A stretch of DNA of 64,000 bases from Vitrella brassicaformis CCMP3155 (Eukaryota > Protista > Chromerida). Both the position numbers and the translations under genes were made by a program. Below the pieces are notes generated by a model. It ran no database searches. It was not told the DNA's origin and saw nothing but the letters and a program-made list of their open reading frames with translations. The stretch spans positions 1-64,000 of the forward strand of contig CDMY01000266.1 of NCBI GenBank assembly GCA_001179505.1, read 5' to 3'. Positions 13,201-26,220 of this stretch are shown here, one piece after another (position 1 is the stretch's first letter; every line of letters starts with the position of its first letter).

Positions 13201-14672
13201 AGCAGATCCAACACAAAATGAGAATCCGCCATGTCTGCACACCACATCGTGTCCAAGGCAGGGCATACATGAGTGTCCTCTCTAGGGAGGGAGTGTCATA
13301 CTACCAGCTCTGATCCAGGCATCGATGATGGAGGTGAGTTCCGACACAGTGGCCCCATCGACGTCCACAATCCTGTCACCCACCGCCTCCAAAAAGTACT
13401 CGGGGTCCGTCAGCTTCCAACGCACACACGACTGGGACAGAATGCTCGCTATCTGAACACACACACACACACACACACACACTGCCCCATAACATGATGG
13501 GATGACACTCCCACACGACCCCTTCCTTCTGTCGTGCTGTCAGACCTCAGCTGAGAATCGCTCTCGTTGGCTCATGGTCCTCTCGAGTGTATCCCACAGC
13601 TCCGCCAGCCGCACGTCAGTCTTGAGGTCATCGCCACTGAGGGCCTCCTCCAGCCTGTCCCGCCGCCGCCGACGGCCGCGGTCGTCACTGTCGGTGGCGT
13701 GGTACCGCTTCCTCTCCTCCGACACGATGTCCAGGTTGAGCAACGTGCTGATGGCGTACAGCGTGTTGCGCCAGTCAAATCCCTCCGGCACTTGCTCAAA
13801 CACCTTGATCGAGAAACAGGAGAGTAGAGGGGAGGTGTGTGTGTGTGTGTGTGTGTGGCCACCGCCTGATGCGCCCACCCACCTTGAGGACGTCTTCAGG
13901 GACCTCGCACCTCTCGAGCTGCCGCATGACCATGCCGAACTTCTGCGTGGCCGCCTCGGCCGCCTCCCTCTCCTCGGTCTTGTGGTCCGGGAAGAGCTCA
14001 TCCATCGTAGCCGCCCGTGAGCCAGGAATGCTGTCAGCCAGAGGCAGCACCGGCGACTCGGTCGGCCACAGGCGATCCTCCTCGCCCCACCACCCCTCCT
14101 CGGGTGGACCAGATGGGCCCCTCCGGCCGATGGGGAAGCCGTCCTGCGCCCCTGCCATGGTGTCCTCCCATGACAGCGCCGCTGTGTCTTTGCTGAAATC
14201 TGGCGAGAGCTTCGACACCGCCAGCAGGTGGGCATCGTCAAACAGAGAGTCCTCCTCATCCAAATCTGCAGACACCGACCGCACCCATTCAATTCAACAC
14301 ATGCTTCGTTGGTGGCCTGGCTTGATTACCAGCCACAAGGTCCTGCCATCTGCCTCCCGACGTGGCGAATGGCGGCGAGACCATCTCCTCGGTCTCCTCG
14401 TGGCCCTCTCCCTCGCCGGGCGGACCGGGGCGGCGGGAAGGCATCCGCAGATCCAGCCGATACAAATCATCGCCCGGCACCTGGGAAGAGTGTGCAATCA
14501 ACGCGCTTGGCCGCCGCATCCGTCTCGCGGCCAATGGTCGAGGGTGTAGGAAGGAGGGCAAAGACAGTGAGTGGGGCGAGAGGCGGAGGGATGACGACAG
14601 ATGGGACGCTGACGATGCTGCTGCAGCGAGGAGCATGATGCACAGCTGCTGCAGGGCTGTTTGATGAGTCAT
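10208..14672 (-). CDS. Large alpha-helical (HPR/FASTK-like?) protein with bipartite signal+transit-like leader and C-terminal Rho-N/HeH-like motif
   Basis: A chain of minus-strand exons: leader MTHQTALQQLCIMLLAAAASSASH-LSSSLRLSPHSLSLPSFLHPRPLAARRMRR; helical segments such as LTDPEYFLEAVGDRIVDVDGATVSELTSIIDAW and LLLRIDEFTLGEVGDILGIYAAS; terminal IKKDDLLSYAASLGIQLRKSMRKDVMWEKLNK. The family assignment is inference. Confidence 0.55.
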
Positions 14673-14686
14673 TGATCTGGCTGTGA

Positions 14687-15839
<1,153 letters not shown>

Positions 15840-17149
15840 TTCATGACCGATCCACACACAGACAGACATCAGACGGTGTTGTTTCCTTTTCCGACGTGTG
15901 AGTGAGTGTGTGCATGGCTGTGTGCGTGGGTGTTTGTGTATGGTGTGGTTTTGTATACGGCCGTGTGATGCGAGACGATTGACTGCCTTGAGACTGCGCT
16001 GGCCAGCCGGGAGAGTGACCGATGGTTTTAACGATGAGGTGCAACGTGATGCTGTTCACTCTCTCTGCGCGAGGTCCTTCAATCTACTGCCTCTCTCTTC
16101 TTTGCGACACCCACACCTCCCTCCCTGTCTTTGCTGTCTTTTGGCCAATGCTTCTGCGGTTCGTCATCCTCTCCGAGATGGCTTCACTGGGCATATCTTA
16201 TGGAGTAGATGGCGGGCGGGAGGTAGACTGGCAAAAGGCGCGGAGACAGGGGGTGGAAGGGAGCACTTGACCGATGCGACGCGATGCGATTCCCTGCCCA
16301 CTTGCTCGTATGTATTGTGTCTTCGTGTTACCCGGGTGATGGATGGCTTTGCCCTGCTGGTGGTGGGTGTGTGATCCTGATCCCATTCTCACAATGGAAA
16401 TGGGAACAAGTTCAACCACCACGACCGGCAGGTGAAGTCATCCGCAAGGGGCATGAAAGCGATGACACGGTTATCGCCTGCCTGCCTGCCGAATGGCTAT
16501 CTATCCTTTTTGGCCAGGCCTGTGAGCGCCTTTTTCCACCGATGGCGCAGTGACGACGATGAACCATCCCACCCTTCCTGGTGTGCATTCATTCATTCAC
16601 GCGTTGATGGATTGACTGATTGAACATGTGTATGTCCTGGTGGCTGGGTCTCTCTCACTAGTGACTGCACCACACTCGATGATCATCTTTCACTCACTAA
16701 CGCCAAAACCACCACCATCAACAAAAACAACCATATCCATCACACACAAAGCCTGCCGACATAACATGAGGCCAATCTATCTATCAGTGTGCCTTCCCTA
16801 TTTGCTCTGCGCCCTTCTTGTCAACAAACTAGGCAATCACTCAGTCAGTCACTCCATCACCCCCACAGTCAGTCAGTCCACCACTAGCTAAATGCCCCCG
16901 CCATGCCCTCCCTGAGTCTCGTTCGTGTACATGTGTGTTACAGACGCATGATTGCAATCGATGCAGAAGAAGAAAGGGGCAAAGGAAAAAGAGAAAAAAG
17001 AGTGAGTGGCGAAATAAAAAGGAAGAAGAAATGTCAGTCAACATAGATATCAGACCCTCTTGAGTGACACGAGTGACACATCAGACCATCGCCCTGCTCG
17101 CCATTCCCCCAGATGGATGGACGTGTGTGTGTCAAGGATGCCGTCGTGA

Positions 17150-18773
17150 TCAACTCCTGAGGGCACTGATGTTGCCGGTCAGTGTGCCCAGCGCCACAGA
17201 GCCCTTGGTGAAAAACACTACCTGCAGGTCGATCAGGTCCGCCATGCGGTCGTTGAGGAACCTACTCGCACACAGATACACACAGGAGAGGCGTGAAGCG
17301 CATATGGGCGTGTGGTGCTTCCTCCCTCTCTCTCGATCTCTGTCCGACTTACTTGTTTCGTTGTGTGAGCAGGTGGTTGAGCTCATCGGCGCACTCCTGG
17401 GTCAGCACATTGAACTCCTCCTCCAGCTGATCCACACAGATACACACACACACACTCACACACTCACACACCGCACACCACACACCCAGACGAACGGACC
17501 GTGCGTACCTGTGTGAGTTTCTGTTCGGCTTCGTTGGTGGCAGCCCTGGCAGGCTGCTCGGCTGCCGGGTCGGCGGGCGGGGCGGACGGGGCCGATGAGG
17601 ACTTGCCCTTGTTGTTGTCCTCCTTGAGCTTAAAACGCTCACACTAAACCAACACACACATGCATCGATAGCTGGACGGATGTGCTGTGGCGGGCGTTGA
17701 CCGACTGGCATACCACAGCGTGTTGGTCCTGCATGAGCTTGTAGGCCTTGTCGCGCTTGTCCAGCTTCTTCCTCACTGAACCAACCAACGAACCAACAAA
17801 CTCTGCCCTGCCCATGGCATGGCTGAGTGTCTGTGTGTTGTGTGTGCTGTGTAGCTACGTACCGTTTTGGATGAGCGCCTCCCGGTTGGTAAGTTCGAAG
17901 GCCAGCTGCTCAGCCTTGGTGTGCACATCTTGACCTGACGTGAGAGGCGGCAACATGCACATGCATCTGGCGTCTTGTCCGGCCGTCTGTGGCTTACGGT
18001 CGGTGCCCAGGGCCACATACGCCTCAGCATACTTAGCAGCAGCCACATCCAGCTCGTTATTGGCTGATCCACCACAGCAACACAAGACAACGCAAGGCAA
18101 CCTCGTGTGCGTGTCTGTGTGTTGGGGGTCACCCACCTTTGACGAGGTTGAGTGCCGTGTGCAGCCTGGCGGGCTGCATCTCGCCCGACGCGTTCATGAA
18201 CTTGGTAAACAGACCCGACTCGAACTTGAGTGCGGCAAGGGCGCCCTCGTAGGCCACCAGCTCCTCTCGCTGAGGACTCAACACATCGTCCTGCATCCAT
18301 CCCATGCCATGCAGCCACACAGACCAACACCGATGAGCGCACAGCCACACCGTCTCTCTGTCTGTTGGTGTGTATGGGTGGTGTGGTTGGTGTCTGTGCT
18401 ACAGGCAGGACTCACTCACCGGCACGGGAGGGAACTTGCCCGCTAACTTCTGCTCAACTGCAGGCAGAAAGGGGATGACACGACACACACCCGGTGTGGT
18501 CTCCTCTGTGTTGTGTGGCATTCCTTTCTTACCGACTTCCACGCCCTTGTGGACGGCCTCATCGATTTTCTTGCCGGTCTCCTTGCCCCATTCCGCCGCC
18601 TTGCTGCCGGCTTTCTGCAGACAGACGAGATGCGTGTGCGCAGACAGACACAATTGTGACCACTCACTAGCTGCCTCTCCCCCTAGTCTGGGAGTGCGTG
18701 TGTGGTACCCATCCCTACTCACCTGCAGCCCCTCCCTGGCCTTCTGCAGCCCTTCCTTGAAGTTGAGGTTCAT
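17150..18773 (-). CDS. BAR-domain-like helical protein
   Basis: Exons MNLNFKEGLQKAREGLQ/KAGSKAAEWGKETGKKIDEAVHKG..., REELVAYEGALAALKFE, ELDVAAAKYAEAY, VRKKLDKRDKAYK, QLEEEFNVLTQECADELNHLL/FLNDRMADLIDLQVVFFTKG. The three-helix pattern and K.R....Y motif resemble BAR domains. Confidence 0.55.
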
Positions 18774-19041
18774 CGATGAATGTCGGGATGTACCAGAGGG
18801 TGAATGATACCGTGAGAGTTGGAGCGCCCCTTTTCTTCGCGCCAGATCTGCAAAAGCTCGCCTCTGAGCTTGCGCTTTGGAAGAACGCGAAGGCATCACG
18901 CAGCCATGGGACCTTGTCATCGCTCGACCTTCGACAGATCTTCCTTCTTCTATAGCCACAAGCACCACTTTGCGACGTCCTTTGCGTATCCGGCTGAGCC
19001 GATGAGGTGATGCCAGGCGGCAGAGAGCCTCGGCGTCACTG

Positions 19042-20605
19042 ATGGAGCGTCATCCTCTCCCAGCTTCTGTGGAGCGACTGAAGGAGAGAGCCGCAGCGCT
19101 CCCCGACAAGGCAGCGCGACTGGCAAGGGGCCGACAGCTGCTGGTCAACTATCGCCGGAGGAAGGACCTGCGGCTCCTCCCGGCCGACCTACGAGATGAC
19201 CGCGACGCCCTCTCCAAAATCCTGGACCGCTATCGGCGCGTTTCGCCCCGCGCATCACCGGCGCCCTCACCCACTGCCGACCACCACCCCCAGTCCGACA
19301 GAGAGGGTGGGAGTCCCCAGACGACGGCCGAGCTGTCCTCGCCCCCTCCCCCCATCCACGTAGAGGACAGCGTGTCGCCGGTGTCGGCGTCTTCGCGCGA
19401 CAGGAAGAGCACCGATGGGCCGCAGACGTCTGACACCAAGGCCGCTAGCGGCAGCAAGATGACGGCGAGCGACGACTCTTCCTTCGGCGGGGGCAGGCGA
19501 GTGAGTGTGGGCGGCTCTCCGCTGGCGACTCGTCTGGAGGAGCTGCAGCTGAAGCTGGCGGTGACGAGGGAGAGAAACGCCTTCCTTGAGCCATCCCTCG
19601 AGCAGGCGCAGGAGACCATGAAGAAGCTCACGGAGGAGAGGGAGGCCCTGGCAGCTCAGGTCAAGCAGCTGACGGCAAAGGTCGACAACCTGCACGCCGA
19701 GAACCAGCGGCTCCACGCCGACCTCCGCGACCGGAAGCTCACCGAGTCGCAGAGCAGCAGCCAGGCGGCAGTGCTGTCACACGCCGTCAAGGACATCTCC
19801 TCCTACTTCGCCATCGCACACGGCTCCCCACCCTCATGGAGCCGGCAGACCTCAGCAGCCACGCCCGGACAGCAGCGGGCGGATCACGGCAGAAGGGGTG
19901 GCAGCGATAGATGGGACAAGTTGGACAGTCTCGTGAGGGGTGCGTTGCGTCACAGCGAGGGCGTGCCGCTGCTGAGGGCGTCGCTGGCTGCGGCGCAGAA
20001 GGAGTTGGAGGCCATGAGGCGCGAGTGGGAGGAGGCTGTGGGGACGGGGGGGAGGGCGGGCGGTGTGAGAGATGGGCCTACTGCCGACGATAGCCAGCTG
20101 CGGCAGGAGATGGAGGCCATGCAAAAGTGAGATACCTGCACAAGCGGGAGGGTACACATTCTCACACGCATCTATGGATGGTTGGATGGATGTATTGGGT
20201 GTTGTCGTCACGGTGTGTTTCTTAGGCACATAGCCCGTCTGGAGGCCAAGATGGATCTGCACCGCAATGAGATACGGCTGCTGAGCGAAGAGAACGAGAG
20301 ACTCAGGACAGCAGGCAAACAGACAGCCAAGTAGACAGACAGACAGACGGACGGACGGGCCATGTCGGGTCCGTCTCGTCTCTGTGCATACATACCCAGC
20401 GATGTTTGAGTCCATGGTGTGTATTTGTGGGATGCTGACGAGTGGTGGAAGGAAGATTCAGCTGTGGTCTGATGGGCTGGTTATTACCGCTGACACGTGC
20501 ACGGCGTCCGTTCGGGAATGGAGCCATTCCCTATCGGAGACCAGGTGCTGTGACGGTGGAAGGTCTGCGCTGCCTGCCCTGGACAATGGCCGTCTCTCAG
20601 GATGA
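19042..20605 (+). CDS. Coiled-coil protein of unknown function
   Basis: 362-codon first exon with Ser/Pro-rich linker and heptad segments (RLEELQLKLAVTRERNAFLEPSLEQAQETMKKLTEEREALAAQVKQL), followed by short exons. The 3' end is approximate. Confidence 0.7.
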
Positions 20606-20765
20606 GCTAACTGTGCACGCCGTTCATGGCACGCATGGGTGGATCGATAAATGCATGGGCTGAACGCACAAGATCCACACACACTGGCTTCATCATCTCC
20701 ATCCATACCACACTCACGGTCAGTCACCACATGCACTGCACTGCCTAACCTCACTCACTCGTCAG

Positions 20766-23596
20766 TCATTCCCCCTTAATTGCTTTCGCCGCCCCCGTGT
20801 CCACAGCGAGCAGCTCACGCAGCGCCATGGTCAGGTAGGCAGAGGGCGGCAGCACGCACTGCATTATCACTGCACCCTTACCGTCCAACACATCACCCCC
20901 ACCCGTACCCCTCGCCATCTCCTGCCTCTCTCCAGGGCCGTCAGCTGCACCATCAGCACCAGCAGGGGCAGGGCTGTTCGTGGAGGGCAGCAGTGTCTGG
21001 TCCGCTCGCCATCTGCCGACCTGCCGATCGACGGCAGACGTCAGCAGGGGGACGGACGAGTCACCCACCTGCTCATGAGCAGCAACACGAACACCGAGGA
21101 GGGTGATGCCTGCCTGTGGCTGGATGTGTGTGAGTGCGTCTGTCTGTCCCACTCACTCGCTGACCTTAGGCACGTAGAGCCACTTGAGGTCTCGGGGCTT
21201 GACGCAGATGTGTCGATAACCGCCAGGCAGATTTCCCCACATATGCGCAATCTCCTGCACCACACACACACATCCATCACATGACACGTGCAATCCTGAA
21301 ATGCCAACACGCCCTACCCTACCCACCTTGAAGTCTTCCAGGTCCAGCCCCAGCTCTTCCTTGACCACTCGCCGATACTCGCCCTCCAAGATGGTGGGGT
21401 ACCGCACTGACGACCCTGGCAAGGGCAGCACCACCTGCTCCAGGCTACAGGACGCCGCTGCGTCAGCCGTCGACAGAGGGGTGACGTCTTGGGGGGCAAA
21501 CGACTCATTCTCGTCAGTCTGAGCATCGTCCTCACCTGCAGGCAGCAGCCGAGGGGGAGGATTGGATTGCACAGAGACAGACCCATGCGCTTTCTCCCGT
21601 TCTCATACCTTCCTCCTGATCAGCATCGTTGTTCTCATCTTCGCCATCACGCCCCTGCTTCCTCCTGAGCCGCTCTGCACGCGAATCAAAGGCACTTGTG
21701 GCCCCCACGAGGTCGCCCACCACTGGCCGCTTCCCATGCACACGGATGCGGTAAGACAGCAGCTTGTTAAATACCAACGATTGCACGCTGTGGACGTAGA
21801 GAGATAGGGTGTGCCTTGGCAGCTTCTGCAGGCACTCCAGGAGGGGCCGGTCGGCCGCCAGCTGCTGCAGCAAAGTCCGCTCGATGTGCAGGTTGGGGGG
21901 GAGGGATGAGAGGTCCGCCTTGGCGCTCTCGGGGGACTCATCAGCCAGGTATGCTGTGGCGGTGAAGTGACCGAGGGCCTTGGCGTCGCTGTCGAGACGT
22001 CGCTTCTTGGCCGACGGCTCGGAGGCACCATCAGCACCATCCTCTGACACCACCATCTGCACACAGGAAGCAAGCACCACACGCCCTATGCAGTCAGCTG
22101 GGGTGTGCTCCTTCCTGCCCTGCACACACCAACCATATCGTGATCTCCAAGTATGAGCCGGACCGCCCTCCTCCACTGCTGCCCCAGCAGCGCCACGCCC
22201 ACGTGGTGTGTTCGGATGTGGGCAGACGTCCCGAACCGCTGCAGACCAAAGTAGTTGAGGAACCCCATAGTCTGCAGCTCCTCGAAGGCCTGCTCGATGG
22301 GCGGCGGGGGGCTGTTGGCGTTGGGTGAGGGCGGCACTCCTCGCAGGACGACGCGGAAGAGGTTGCCCTGGAGGTCGCCAAGGCAGATCTTGTTGTTGGT
22401 GTAGGAGAGGTCGCCGATGCGAAGGCGGGAGTCCCACCTGAGTGAAGCCAGATGCCGGCATCGGCCTGTGCTGTGCTGTCTGTGTTTTGCTGTGCTGTCC
22501 GGTTTGTGTGTTTGGCTCACTCACTTGCGGTGGAGGATGGCCCTCTTAATCTGCTCGATGGTGACGCCCCGCACCGCCACCCTCTGCACCGTGATGGCCC
22601 GCCGGTCCTTGGTGCCAGCGAAGCCACACTGCTTCCTCTCACGCCCAACGCACTGAGCCAAGCAGCCGATGGCCTCTGCCGTGTCCCTGTTCTCCTTGTA
22701 CAGCGACAGCTGCACCCACTTCCCCTCAGCACGCGATGACCTCCTCTCGCCAGCCGACTGGAAGACGCTCGGTGCGCTGCTGCCGCCTCGGTGGTCCCTC
22801 CCCCTCCCCCTCCCTCCCCTCCGCTGGAACTTCTCGCGCTTTTTCTGCCTGTCGGACATCTCCTGCACTGGCGCGTCTTGCTCATCCGCCACCTGGCACT
22901 CCCTCGGCACCAGAGCCCTCAGCAGGGCCGGCTTGGGCGTCAGATCCACCTCCAGGCTGTCTGACCGCCCGCTGGCCGCATCGCTGGCCCGCACTGTGTC
23001 GCTGTTGATGAAGGGCAGATGCTCGCGAACCAGACGATGGCACTCCTTGCGGACCTCTTTGATTGCTGAGTCAGATGGTTCACTACCACTATCACCATCA
23101 GCAGTCGACTTTGGTGAGTTGAGGGCGATGCGGCAAGAGGGGACTATCTGTCGTTGTGTGGCTTCGTCCCGGGGCAGGCCTTGATGGAGGAGAGAGGGGA
23201 AGGAGCGGATGAAGGACGTCAGGCTGGCGAGGCTGGCGGCCGTCACGCCGATAGACGAGAAGGCGCCCTCCGCCTGCGGGCTCAGCTCGTACGCCTCGAA
23301 ATCGACACCTGCAATACGCAGAGATGCATTAACGGACGCCTCTCGCTTTGCTCTCTTCTTCACTCACTCACTGACGCACCTCTGCCGGCCTCAGCGTCGC
23401 CCTTGTTGGTGAACTCATCCACCACCGCCTTCCTGTCCAGCAGGTCGTTGAGCCACAGCGTCCGCCCCTCCAGGTCAATCTCGTGAACGTGGAAGTCCTC
23501 GTACCGGTGCTTAAACACACCTGGGAACCCCTGGTGGCTCCGTAGCTGCTCGGTCATGCCCGCATCTCTCTCTCTGACGGCTGTCGTGCCGTCCAT
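20766..23596 (-). CDS. PUS7: Pseudouridine synthase 7 (TruD family)
   Basis: GFPGVFKHRYEDFHVHEI, LSLYKENRDT, GFAGTKDRRAITVQ (catalytic Asp), LGDLQGNLFRVVLR, GFLNYFGLQRFG, LYVHSVQSLVFNK, LPLPG, LPGGYR and LPPSAYLTMALRELL. Confidence 0.97.
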
Positions 23597-24407
23597 TGTG
23601 AAGGGGGAGGGCCGCTGAGAGCACTGGTGTCGACGCACAGGACGAACCTGCGGAGATCCCTGCGCCAGGCGCACAAGCCACCGATGAAGGGAACGAATCT
23701 TTCAAAGCCTTGTGACAGAGATCTGGCCACTATAGATCATCCAGGCACAGTCCCGCAGAAGATCTGCCCTCGACCCAAAGCTCGCATTGCAGGTGCTCGA
23801 GAGTGCTTCCAGCGGCGCGTTAATGTTCTCGTCGGACGGCTGTTGGTGTGTGCTGACGATTCTCAACAGAACTCAGTGATTTGATGAGTCAATGCAGTGC
23901 TGTGTATGTGAGTTCGCAGCATTCGACACTCGAAGCATCAAGTTTCAGAGCATCCACTGAAACATCCATCGTCTTTGTCGTAGTCAGTCGCATCGATGCA
24001 CGATGAAACCCCATGCACGCCACGCACACAAGACGATTTACCAATAAGTCACGCACAGGTGTGTGTTGTGCTCTAGCTGCAGCTGTGTGGCGGCGTCGGT
24101 TCTGTCTGTCGACATCAAAACCGCCATCAGCCGCCATCCTCCGCCGGGCCATTGACAGAGACAAAATACACACACCCAGCAGCACATACCCATGAGCACC
24201 GTCAAAGACTAAACTCGACAAAAGGTTCATCTCATCGACCAACCCAGACACTTAGTTAGTAGTTGAGGCATGCCGTCTCTCTCCCTCTCTCTCTCTCTCT
24301 CTTCCATGCCATCCATCCATCCGACAATCACATGCAGCACAAGCAAGCAGCTATGCACACAAGCTTGACAAACAAAACCGAGCCAGCAATACGCTGACTG
24401 GGCGTAT

Positions 24408-25545
24408 TCAGAACCACCCCCTGCGGCCGCTGAAGCGTGATCCCCAGCCGGTGCGACCGATGTGCCGGCTGCTGGGACGGCTGAAGATGCCGCCACTGAA
24501 CCGGGACCGACTCCTGCTGCCCACACGGACTGCCAGCACACACCAACCAAACCACCGGCCAAGAGAAAGACAGTCGCGCGTTAGGACAGTGCATGTGTTG
24601 GTGTCGGTGGCTGCTGCTTACATCCTCCCCCGCCCATCACGAGGCCCAGGCGGCGCCTGCTTTCGTCGTCATCGGCATCTCCGGCCTCCTCATATTCGAA
24701 TTCGCCACTGTCGATGACTGCGCCCTTCTCGTCGACCAACGAAAACTCGCCTGAGTGAACGGATGCCAGAGAGGAAGTGCGTGTCGGTCTGAGTGTATCT
24801 GTGGCTGGTGTGTGTTCGCTCACCAGGCTTTGTGATGAGTGTGTGTCCGAGTGAGAGGTGGAGCTCAGTCGTGTTGGTCGTCAGATCACGGAAGACGCCC
24901 TCAATGTTGTAGACACGCTCAGGGGCCCTGTCACCCAGCTGACAGCAAAAGGGAGAGGGACACGGAGAAAAAGGGATACCCATCCGCCACTCAGTGTGGT
25001 GTGTGCCTTCCATGCCCACGTTGATGTGGAGGGACTCCATCTTTTGGATCTCGTCGAGCGGGAGGAAGGCGAGGCCCTCCAAAGGCACACTGTCGAGTGC
25101 CTCGCTGAACCTCAAAGGCATGCTGTCCTTGCGGCTGACCAGCTGCTCGTCGTCGGACACCGTGATCTCCTTCGACACTGACAGACACACACGGCACACA
25201 CACACACAGATGGACGCCACATCCCTCCCACTTGCTGTCTGTGGCTGCGTACGCTGGATGGCGGCCAGCATGAGGCCGAACACACACGCGGCGGTCAGGA
25301 CGATGGCGCCCACGACGGCCAGCACTTTGAGTGCGGTGATGCGCTTGGGCTTCTCGGTGGCCAACGACACCTGGGGGGCCTCCAAATCACAAACCTGCAC
25401 ACACCAGCAGCACACAGACAGACAGACAGATAGGCAGACACACAGGAGGTAGGGATGGTGGCGGTGGGCATCAGGTTGGGTGAGAGAGCCATGTGTCAGT
25501 GGTCACCTTGCTGCCGATGGGCTGCTGGGCGGCGGAGTGGGCCAT
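24408..25545 (-). CDS. Type II membrane/secretory precursor with acidic spacer, RRRL site and cationic Gly/Arg tail (paralog 1)
   Basis: Six exons join in frame (~240 aa): MAHSAAQQPIGSK/VCDLEAP...KPKRITALKVLAVVGAIVLTAACVFGLMLAAIQ.../...EIQKMESLHIN/LGDRAPERVYNIEGVFRD.../GEFSLVDEKGAVIDSGEFEYEEAGDADDDESRRRLGLVMGGGG/FRVGSRSRSRFSGGIFSRPSSRHIGRTGWGSRFSGRRGWF*. Confidence 0.8.
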
Positions 25546-25757
25546 GGCGACAAACAAACGAGATGGCTGACGAGGGGAGGGACCGACAGCGACTTCGGGC
25601 AGAAGAGTGCTTGGCTGGGATTGAAGGCAGAAGTTGGTTTGAACCACAAGGAATGGGATGACAGGAGGATGGCGGCGGCTTTGGCGAGGCGGAGGGGAGG
25701 CGTTTGGGAGGGGTAGATGGCGTTCAACCCTTCAGCCGTTGATCGACCGTTGCTGGC
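24720..25757. repeat. Segmental duplication, direct orientation (partner ~51995-53077)
   Basis: Exons, most introns and ~200 bp upstream of the ATG are nearly identical between the two loci. Confidence 0.95.
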
Positions 25758-25986
25758 CGCGGCCAGCCTGCTCGAGAGTAGCGAGTTTCCGGCAACAACA
25801 CTTGATGTCATATGTACAGTCGCATACATACGAGTCACTCCCACACGCACGTCCACATCACGTAGGCATCCAGTTGGATAGCCCTTTGTTTAGATAGCCA
25901 CACGAAGGCGCGGGCACACAGTCACAGACACACACACGAAGACCTCTCACCTTCCTTGCTCATAATCAACAACACGAAGAGCAGGA

Positions 25987-26041
25987 AGGAGCGTATCGAC
26001 AAAACGACGGCCGCAGGAGCGTATCGACAAAACGACGGCCG
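25987..26041. repeat. 28-bp tandem duplication (aggagcgtatcgacaaaacgacggccg x2)
   Basis: Directly visible in the intergenic region. Confidence 0.9.
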
Positions 26042-26220
26042 GCACACACGTCAAAGACTTTCACACCTCTCTCGTCGTCTCTATCTATCTTCCTCAGACA
26101 GACAAGACACAACACGACGAAAAACTTGTCTATCGCATCGGGGCATCATCGCACGCCAGTCGCCCTCCCTGTCCTCTCCTGTCCTCCATATGCCGCGTCG
26201 TCGTTGGGTCGGCTCTGTCG

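Noticed and set aside
24690-25545. Possibility that the duplicated gene is a transposable element
   Set aside because: No terminal repeats, transposase or reverse transcriptase; it has conserved spliceosomal introns and a signal anchor, so it is a host gene duplication.
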